Below are positions 8,492-17,015 of a stretch of DNA of 64,000 bases, piece by piece. Made by a program: the position numbers and the translations under genes. The DNA is from Bacteroidota bacterium (GTDB taxonomy: Bacteria > Bacteroidota > Bacteroidia > Chitinophagales > Saprospiraceae). The stretch covers positions 1,454-65,453 of the forward strand of contig JBEAQU010000032.1 of the NCBI GenBank assembly GCA_041163745.1, given 5' to 3'. Positions within the stretch are counted from its first letter, which is position 1; every line of letters starts with the position of its first letter. The notes below the pieces were generated by a model. The model worked only from the letters and a program-made list of their open reading frames with translations. It made no database searches and had not been told where the DNA came from.

Positions 8492-10237
8492 ATGCTGCGG
8501 CTTTTTCCTTTCCTGCAATGGTGGGGGGAAGTGAACCGGTCCACCCTACGAGCGGATTTGCTGGCTGGCCTGACGGGAGCCATGATAGTGTTGCCACAAG
8601 GGGTGGCGTTCGCGACGATAGCAGGTTTGCCACCGGTGTACGGATTATATACGGCCATGATCACGCCGGTGGTGGCGGCCATGTGGGGATCTTCCAGGCA
8701 TTTGGTATCCGGTCCGACGACAGCCATTTCCCTGGTGATCTTCGCCACGGTGGGACAATTGGCGGAGCCGGGGTCGCCGGCCTTCATACAGGCTGCGCTG
8801 ACCATCACCTTTCTGGCCGGTGTGTTTCAATTGGCGATGGGATTGGCGCGGATGGGGACCTTGGTCAACTTCGTATCGCATGTGGTGGTCAGCGGATTCA
8901 CCGCCGGGGCGGCGATACTGATCCTGCTGTCGCAACTCAAGCACCTGCTGGGCCTCAACATCCGTTCGGGAAGTTCGATGGTGGCGACGCTGCGCAACAT
9001 AGCAGCCCATTCGGGAGAGACCAACCCATGGGCCCTGGGGCTGGGACTGGCGACCTTGGGAGTCGCCCTGTTGTCCAAGCGTTTGTTTCCCAAGATACCG
9101 CACCTGCTGGTCGGATTGGTCTTCAGCAGTGTTGCGGCCTATCTGATGGGCGGGGAATCCGTCGGATTGCGGGTGGTCGGCAAGGTCAGCGGCGTATTGC
9201 CGCCTTTTTCCGTGCCGGAACTGGACGCCTCCACCTTCGCGACCCTGGCGCAGAGCGCCTTTGCGGTGGCTCTGCTGGGATTGATAGAGGCGGTCGCCAT
9301 CGCACGGTCGATCGCTTCGAAGTCACAACAGGAGATCGACGGCAACCAGGAGTTCATCGGGCAAGGGCTTTCCAACCTCGTGGGCAGTTTTTGGTCCTGC
9401 TATGCGGGATCCGGATCGTTCACTCGGTCGGGCATCAACTATGCCGCAGGCGCCCGGACGCCCTTGGCGGCCGTATTCGCGGCCATCCTGCTTGCATTGG
9501 TCCTGTTGTTGGTTGCTCCGCTGATCGCTTATCTGCCGAATGCGGGTATGGCAGGTGTCATCATTCTGGTGGCGTACAATCTGATTGATTTCCATTTCAT
9601 CCGTACGGTGGCGCGGGCCAGCAAGCGGCAGGCCACCGTCCTGCTCATCACCCTGCTGGCGACGCTGTTCGTCGAACTGGAATACGCCGTCTTCGTAGGC
9701 GTCATGTTCTCCCTCATATTTTACCTCCAGCGCACCTCCTCCCCGAACGTGGCCGTCCTCGCTCCCGACCCGGACAACAGCCAGCGGCGATTCATCTACA
9801 CGGAACGAAAGCCCCTGGCGGAATGCCCGCAGGTCCGTATCCTGCGGATAGACGGCTCCATTTTCTTCGGATCCATCAACCACATTTCCTCCGAAATCCG
9901 ACGCCTGACCGATGTGGAGGAAGGAGACGGCGTCTGTCGGCATCTGCTGATCATTGCCAAGGGAATCAACTTCATCGATGTGGCGGGTGCGGAATGGTGT
10001 GTGCAGGAGGCCCGCCGATGGGAGGAAAAGGGGGGCGGGATGTATTTCTCCGGCCTGAAGCTCATCGCCCAGGACACCTTGATCCGGGGCGGGTTCAAGG
10101 CCAGCATCGGGGAGGATCATTTCTTCGCCACCAAACAAGAGGCGGTGACGGCGATCATCCGGCGCATGGACATGGACGTCTGCCGCACTTGCCAGGCGCG
10201 GATTTTTCTGGAGTGCTCCGAACTGCCCGGCGGCTGA
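8492..10237 (+). CDS. SulP family inorganic anion (sulfate/bicarbonate) permease with C-terminal STAS domain
   Basis: LRADLLAGLTGAMIVLPQGVAFATIAGLPP, many hydrophobic segments and a STAS-like tail (ILRIDGSIFFGS...). ORF-track start 8456 is TTG; the first ATG at 8492 gives the canonical N-terminus. Confidence 0.9.
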   Translation: MLRLFPFLQWWGEVNRSTLRADLLAGLTGAMIVLPQGVAFATIAGLPPVYGLYTAMITPVVAAMWGSSRHLVSGPTTAISLVIFATVGQLAEPGSPAFIQAALTITFLAGVFQLAMGLARMGTLVNFVSHVVVSGFTAGAAILILLSQLKHLLGLNIRSGSSMVATLRNIAAHSGETNPWALGLGLATLGVALLSKRLFPKIPHLLVGLVFSSVAAYLMGGESVGLRVVGKVSGVLPPFSVPELDASTFATLAQSAFAVALLGLIEAVAIARSIASKSQQEIDGNQEFIGQGLSNLVGSFWSCYAGSGSFTRSGINYAAGARTPLAAVFAAILLALVLLLVAPLIAYLPNAGMAGVIILVAYNLIDFHFIRTVARASKRQATVLLITLLATLFVELEYAVFVGVMFSLIFYLQRTSSPNVAVLAPDPDNSQRRFIYTERKPLAECPQVRILRIDGSIFFGSINHISSEIRRLTDVEEGDGVCRHLLIIAKGINFIDVAGAEWCVQEARRWEEKGGGMYFSGLKLIAQDTLIRGGFKASIGEDHFFATKQEAVTAIIRRMDMDVCRTCQARIFLECSELPGG

Positions 10238-10999
10238 TGCGGGGCTTCCCCCTGCCTGCGGATGCGAAAGCCGACCGGCCCGGCCGGACGTGGGCATGGA
10301 ATCGCCCGCCACTGTGGCCCCGGACCTCTCACTCCCCTTCTTTGTTCACCGGCGAACCGGGAGCCGGCGAGACCCAGCTGGCTTGTCGGTTGGCCGGGAG
10401 GCGGAAAGGCGATGTCCTCCGTTTCAATACCAAGTCCGGTCCGCAGGCCCGGGACCTGGTCTACCGCTACGATGTCATCCGTCATTTCAGGGATTCCCAT
10501 CAGGCAAAAGTCCATCCCTTGGAATACATACGGTTCGAAGCATTGGGAAAAGCCATCCGCATGCGGCCGATCGTCGGTATGGGGTATTGGTGGACGAGAC
10601 AGACAATGTCTCCCTAGATTTTGCCAACGACCTGTTGTTCGAGTGCGCGCAACTGGCGTTTTCCATTCCGGAGGTGACGCCGGCGGATATGGCGGGATTC
10701 GACTGTCAGCGGCAACATCGCATAGCCCCTCCGGTGTCGGATGAGGACGGCAACATCTCCTGCCCCGACCGACAGCCGCGGCCGGTGCCGGTGCTGACCA
10801 GTAATTCGGACAAGAACCTGCGGGAAGCCCTTCCCCGCCGTTGCGCGTTCCATCACATTCCTTTCCGTACGCCGGGCAGCGCCTGTCGACCGTCCGGGCG
10901 CACCGCTTCTTCCGGGAATCCTTCCCAAAAGGGATGAAGGTACAGGCCATCGCCAATTTCCTTCCGTTTCGGAAGCTAAGGGCTCCGCAAGAAACCTGA
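10237..10999 (+). pseudogene. AAA+ ATPase (MoxR / AAA_5-like), frameshifted
   Basis: ATG 10237 overlaps the sulP stop (TGATG). Frame 1 carries Walker A LFTGEPGAGETQLA (Lys replaced by Glu) and RFNTKSGPQARDLVYRYD. Homology continues in frame 3 with Walker B GVLVDETD, FANDLL, sensor-1 VLTSNS and LPRRCAFHHIPF. It then continues in a third frame (GQRLSTVRAHRFF...) to TGA 10997-10999. Confidence 0.6.
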
Positions 11000-11689
11000 C
11001 ACGGCGGAACCGCACGCCTGGCTGCCATTGCAATCCCTGCAGGGACCGGACTCCTTTGAGGCGGCAAAGGACCCGTACCTCGCGGACAGCTTCCGCCGGA
11101 CATTCACTCTCCTGGAAAAAAGCGGGAGGATCCGGAGCGGTTGTCCACGGAATCCCGTTTCCATTGGCATGGGAGCGACCTTGGCGGATTTCTTCGATAC
11201 CAACATGAATCGGGTGGACACTCCTCCATTCGCCGGGCGTGCGCACCTTGCCCGTCGGACGGCGAACGATTCCTTTGAGCGAACCCAGCTTCCCTTTGTG
11301 TGGGGACCCTGGCTGCCCACATCATCAACACGGCGGGTTTTCCTGAACGGCTGTTGCACGCAAGTGCTGGTGGCAGCTTTCCAAGAACATGGCGATTTAT
11401 TTTCATGGCCACCGCCATGCTGTTGAATGGCCGGTACGGACCGGCGTTCGCCGTTTGTTCCACAATAAATTCTGCGCCCGCGAAAAGACGACACATTCCG
11501 CCACATCCTGCACAGCCTCCCGTGCTACTACCAGGCCGAACAGACCCGAGGGACGTTTCCGACCTGTCGGACCGGCTAAGCGGGCTGATAGCCACAAAGA
11601 ATCCCCATCGCGACCGCCATGTCTGCCGGGAGGCAGCTCGTGCCGGATCCGGTCCTGCTCCCAAGCTGCCAAGAAAAGGGAAGGAGCGA

Positions 11690-12630
11690 CAGGCAGTACG
11701 CCCGGGAGGATTTCTTCCAACTTACATCGAAAGCTACGCCGACATCCTGGCTATGGAATTGAGGGGACGACTGGCCATCCTGGTCCTGCGGGAATACTTT
11801 GCGGCCGGCGATCCGTTCCAGGACTTGTTCGAACGGCTGACGTACCAATATCCCGGAAAAGTCTTCAACCTGTCCAGGCTGCTCCTGGTAAAAGGCTGGT
11901 CTCTCGCTCTTTGGCACCGTAAGGTTTTACTGGAGACTTTCGAATCTTTTTCCACCATTATCCATCAATCGGCCGGGACCCCGGCCGACCATGGCATCCC
12001 GCTCCCAGTAGGCAAGGAAGCCCTTGTCGGACATCTTCTCGGCATTCAGTTTCCCGCATACCCCCATGCACCAGGGCGAAAGAAGGAGAGGCTGCGACCG
12101 AAGGTAACGGCGCTTTCGCAATGCTACCGAAAAGGCGGTCTCCACGATGGCGGTCCGAATCGACCGAACAAAACGGAGGACCAAACCTGGTGGACCCACT
12201 GTCGCTGTATGCCCTCGTGCCATTTCTGAGCGCCTGGACTGCCCAGGGGCATTACCTTGGTGTCGACACCTGGCTGTGGAAATTCCGCTGGCTGGACCTG
12301 CACCAGGCCAAGGATCCGGACCACCGGTCCGGAATCTGTGCCAGCAAGTCCGTCCTGATATGCCACTCGTCGGCCGAGCATCTCGGTTTCCACCGCTTTT
12401 GTTCGGAAAGTATTTCCGGCCGGCGGCGAAAAGGGCACCGAGACATATCGTCCTGATCGAACAACGGGACTGGCAGGACAACCTGTCCGCCTTTTACCGG
12501 GAGATGGTGCTGGAAATGAACCGGCAGGACCTGGAAGCAGACAATTGTTTTTCGACACCACCCCGGCGGTCGGCAGGAAAGACCGCCGGCGCATGCATCC
12601 CGGTCTGCCCATCGAACGCTTGTTGGGCGA
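11690..12630 (+). pseudogene. remnant of an unidentified protein gene split over three frames
   Basis: Protein-like segments follow each other in frame 2 (YIESYADILAMELRGRLAILVLREYFAAGDPFQDLFERLTYQYPGKVF...), frame 1 (LVDPLSLYALVPFLSAWTAQGHYLGVDTWLWKF...) and frame 3 (HIVLIEQRDWQDNLSAFYREMVLEMNRQDLE). Third-position G+C counted by hand is high in frame 2 at 11762-11878. Confidence 0.4.
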
Positions 12631-12899
12631 CTATCCCGGTGCCGGCAAGCTTACTGCTGGCCGGTACGGCCGAACACCTGTTGGCAAGACCCCTGCTGCT
12701 TCCATCGCACCTGGCCGTCCGGATGCTGCCATGGTGGCCGCGGCGCGCCTTGCGTGAAATCGCGCTGGTTTCCGTGTGGGAGATGGCCGCTGGATGCCAT
12801 GCTCCCTGCTTCCGGTCATTCCTGCAACAGCAGAGGGGCTCGCCAGCTCGGTCCCGCAGCGGGAAGCCAGACATTACCGTCTCCTTCGTGTACTAGCTG

Positions 12900-14100
12900 C
12901 AGGTACACCTGCAACCCGCCTTGCCGGATTTCCAGCGGCGCAGCAGGGAAAGGCGTTGCATTTGCCGATGACGCTGCATCCGTATATCGGTACCGAGGGA
13001 TTCCGCCGGTTGTGTGCCAACCAACGGTATGCCGACCTGCCAGTTTCCATGAAATGTCCGTCCGGAAGGCCTCGCTGGCGAAAGGAACCGCCACCAACAA
13101 CATGCGATTTCCCCTCGAGATATCTGGCATACCGGTTTGACACCCGACGACCATAATCTCCTCACCACGCAGCCTACGCCCAGACACCCGGACGAGGTCC
13201 TGCCGACCGCGGAGTTGTTACTTTCCCGCCAAGTACCCCTGTGTATACGCCATCGGGCAGCTGCTGGAATGGACGGCCGGCCATGCGGAAGCGTGACGGC
13301 TTTCGAGCACCTGTCAGAGCAACCCTGTCGCCGGCCCGGCATCGCCTTGTACAACCTGTTGAGGGAAGAAGCCGGCGACGAACCCAAGGTCCTTTCCCTG
13401 TTGACGGACTGGCGGCAGCACGGCATCCGGCCCGACCGGTACAGATGCACCCAACTCCTGCGGAACGCCACCGATGCCGACCACGCCCGTTGGGTCACCG
13501 ACCGGATGCTGCGTGCTGGCTCGGATGAGAAGACCGTCCGAAAACCCAACGACACCATCGGAAGAACGTCCCAAAAGCTTTCGATAAAAAGACAAAGGGC
13601 CGGAGCCAACCCGTCAGAAATGAACACGCGAAACCGCTGCGGATGGGAAGAGCCGACCACACCACGAACCTACCCTGTGCGGACAACAGGACAACAGGGA
13701 AGAAAAGGCACATAAGACCGACTTTGCGTTGATAACCGGAATCGCTTGTCCTCGCACTGCCGGGCGGCCTGTCGAATCCGCCCCTCGCGGGCTTTGAGCA
13801 GGATGCCCACCGTATGGCGGACAATCTGGATACCGATTCCGCCTGTACGCTGCATCCGCTGATGCTGGCCAACGAACATGCCACCTGGGAGTCCGTCATC
13901 GACGCATTCCGCCGGCATTCCGCCGAAACCGGATCGAGATGCCGTGCTGATTCCCTGCTTCGGAAACAGTCCAACGTAGAATGCCTTGAAGGGTGTTCGG
14001 CAGGATTCCCGATTGGAATGTATCGTCTGCCATCCGCAAACAGCCCACCCGCCCGATTTACGCTTGGCAGACAAATACACAAGCATCTTCATTGAAAGAA
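12900..14100 (+). pseudogene. remnant of a PPR/TPR-like helical repeat protein
   Basis: The frame-3 segment 13344-13520 reads ALYNLLREEAGDEPKVLSLLTDWRQHGIRPDRYRCTQLLRNATDADHARWVTDRMLRAG, with a 35-aa periodicity and very high hand-counted GC3. The enclosing ORF starts on TTG, and flanking protein-like pieces lie in other frames. Confidence 0.35.
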
Positions 14101-14149
14101 CCGTATGACAGCATAGGCACTCACATCCCATCCGACTTCAGCGGCATTC

Positions 14150-15572
14150 ATGCCAGTGAAGACACCCGGGAGGCGGCTGCCCGGCAGGATGGCGCCGCCT
14201 TAAACAGGAAACCAAAGGCGCACCGTTTCCCCACCCTGCGTCGGGAAGAGTTGCTGTTTACCGGCGTTTCCGGTCCGAACAGTCCGGCGGACGGTCCGTG
14301 AAAGAAGTCTTCGGGCAGGCACCGCTCATCCAACTTGCCGCCGCAGTAAAGGACGAAGCCGAGCTGGAAGTAGATGGCAGCGTCAATTACACTATCTACC
14401 TGTTGCAAACCTCGCGTCCCAAATAGGGTGATCCCGTTAGCTGTCACGCCACCACCGGATGCACAACCACTTTCGTTTACGTTGGGCCCAACGACCCGAG
14501 CCATATACGCCCAGCAGATAGGACATCCAACAGGTGACGGGATCACTCCGTCGGGAAGATGGTCATGGCACCGCCTACGCCCTGACGGTTTACAGCCAGC
14601 ACCTCGGCTGAGTGTCCCACGAAGAATCCCCTCGGCGGCTCCGTACGACAGCGCTTGCCCGGAACAGACAACTCCACCTGACCGGGCCGCGACAACAGGT
14701 CGGACTTCACCGACATACCATGAGCAAAATGACAGGAGAAGCCGCGTGTTCATACTGTTCTGATCGAGGGACTGTCCCGGCCGAAACCGCTGCTTACCTG
14801 GTCGACGAGGAGGTCTCCCAGGATGTATACATACTTTTGGATAACATGGAAAAAGTGGCTGATGTAACGTTGAATTTTTCCAAAGAAACGACCGATGCAG
14901 GCTGTTCGCTGGCATGTTGACGGGATAGGCAACACCTGGTTTGGCCGGTTGACATATTCCGGCCGCTACTCCTACTCTGCGACACCTTCCGCCCGACGGA
15001 CCTATTCCGGAATCGCCGGAAATGTTGCGAATCCGGTACGGACAGCCTGAAGCTGTGGTGCACCGACGGAGAGGGGCGCATCCCGACCGCCGGATCCTAC
15101 CAAAGCGTTGACATCCGAAACAAACTTACAACCGGTGGTGACAAACCTTTGGACGGGCGGCATCCCAATCGGATTCGGAACCGCCATACCCGACCAAACT
15201 GTCCGACGCTCCCCTTTACTTTCGAAAAACGGCTCCCACCAACATTTCTTGCCGGAGCCAGCGGTCAAGGAATTGCCCGCCGGGCACGGAATAAACCCTG
15301 CGGGACCACCTCAACGGCAACATCCCGGAATCCCCGTATGCGTGGTCATACCGGTACAGGGTACCATATGAATCAGCCACGCAGTCGTTGGTCGCCGCAG
15401 TGAACCTTTGAAGCGGAACTCCCCAGCCTGCAACCGCTCCCAGCGCCGCCAGACCCGAACCTGCCGTGCGCTGCAGCGTTATCGGAGGTACATCCGTCTG
15501 GGCTGCGCCTTGACAAGGGCTGGAAAGCTGCTCAAGTCGCATCAGCTTCCCAATGTATGGCTCCCCCCGCAC
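14150..15572 (-). pseudogene. minus-strand coding remnants, family unknown
   Basis: Several overlapping minus-strand ORFs in different frames hold protein-like stretches (CWWEPFFESKGERRTVWSGMAVPNPIG..., ISHFFHVIQKYVYILGDLLVDQV, IDAAIYFQLGFVLYCGGKLDERCLPEDFF). None has a credible full length. Confidence 0.3.
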
Positions 15573-15880
15573 GGATAATATCGCTTCACCCCCTTTCCGG
15601 CTGGAAAAAGACAGCCGCTCCCAGATTTTCCGACCTCAAACCACGATTCCGGGATAACGAGCGAACCCACAGGCCGTCGGATTTGTCAAAGAGAGGACGA
15701 TCGGAACCAACGACTGGCCGATTGGGCGGGCAGACGGTGCGCCACCATCCGTATCGACCTGCGGGGCTGCGTTCCCGCATCGACCCGGTGGGAGGAACTT
15801 CAGCCGAATGAAGACGGATTGCTGGAAACAAGTATCCGCCTGCTGGCCAAATCGGGCGGTACATATAAAAATTTTGTGAC

Positions 15881-16645
15881 ATGCCAAGCCACCTCTTCCG
15901 CACCGTATTGCTTTCCATCATGCTGTTACCATCCGGCGGACCGATCTGCGCCCAAACCGCCGACGCTCGCAGCATCGTACAGCGGGCCGAAGACCGTATC
16001 CGGGGGGAACGGCTGTATGCGGAAATGAAAATGACGATTATCCGACCACGTTGGCAACGGGAATTCAGCCTGAAATCCTGGAGCCTGGGGCAGGACTACA
16101 GCATGGTGCTGATCACCGCACCCACCCGCGACAAAGGAACCGCCTTCCTCAAGCGGAAAAAGGAAATCTGGAACTGGCAACCCTCCATCGACCGATCCAT
16201 CAAACTCCCTCCTTCCATGATGTCCCAATCCTGGATGGGCAGCGACTTCACCAACGACGACCTGGTCGAACAATCCTCCCTGGTGGAGGACTACACCCAC
16301 CGGCTGACCGGTACCGACCAAGTGGACCGGTACCGCTGCCATGTGGTGGAACTGATTCCCAAACCGGATGCGGCCGTGGTATGGGGTAAAGTGGTCATGT
16401 GGATCGAAACGGAACACTACCTCGAGCTGAAAGTGGAGACCTACGACGAGGAAGGCGAACTCGTCAACACCCTGCTCGGTAAGGAGATCCGGGAACTCGG
16501 CGGCCGGCTCCTCCCCACACGCCTGGTACTCAGTCCGGCCGGAAAACCCGGACACCAGACCATCGTCGAACAGCTGAGCCTCGATTTCGACACCAAGGTC
16601 TCCGCCGATTGGTTCAGCCTGGAAAATCTCAAACGGCTCGATTGA
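15881..16645 (+). CDS. outer membrane lipoprotein-sorting protein (LolA-like)
   Basis: A signal peptide, then MTIIRPRWQREFSLKSW...SWMGSDFTNDDLVEQSS, typical of the LolA_like family. The start is a clean ATG. Confidence 0.8.
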   Translation: MPSHLFRTVLLSIMLLPSGGPICAQTADARSIVQRAEDRIRGERLYAEMKMTIIRPRWQREFSLKSWSLGQDYSMVLITAPTRDKGTAFLKRKKEIWNWQPSIDRSIKLPPSMMSQSWMGSDFTNDDLVEQSSLVEDYTHRLTGTDQVDRYRCHVVELIPKPDAAVVWGKVVMWIETEHYLELKVETYDEEGELVNTLLGKEIRELGGRLLPTRLVLSPAGKPGHQTIVEQLSLDFDTKVSADWFSLENLKRLD

Positions 16646-17015
16646 CCTCCTGCGTTCTGGCCTGCATGAAAAAAATCAATTTTTAAAAAATTTAATATCA
16701 TAAGCCTTTGACGGCAGGACAGGCATTTTTGCACAGGCACCGACGGTCCGGAATTCCGCTTGCCCAGTTCACCCTGTAGGCAAATACCCTCCCGGCGACA
16801 GCCGCTTTGCCGCCTACCCTTTCAGCACGACACCGGAACTACCAGTACATCCCGATTCCTAACCTTGTGCCTACCGGTGGACAACCAGTGGTGGGGCAGG
16901 TGATCAGCTGTCAGGTCGGCCGATGTCCGACCGTCGCCCGGTCTGTAGCAGCAACGGCACAGCCTACTCGCCAGTCCCATTCCCATCGACCGGCCGGCTT
17001 AAAAAAAAAGTGCTT

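Noticed and set aside
10117-11103. 328-aa minus-strand ORF across the sulP end and the AAA remnant
   Set aside because: It is Pro/Arg/Gly/Cys-rich with no motifs. The AAA+ motifs are on the opposite strand, and third-position GC favours the plus frames.
13137-13715. 192-aa ORF as an intact gene
   Set aside because: Its start is TTG with no ATG. Only the central ~60 aa look protein-like. The tail is Arg/Thr/Gly-rich junk, and neighbouring protein-like pieces lie in other frames. I treated it as a pseudogene fragment.
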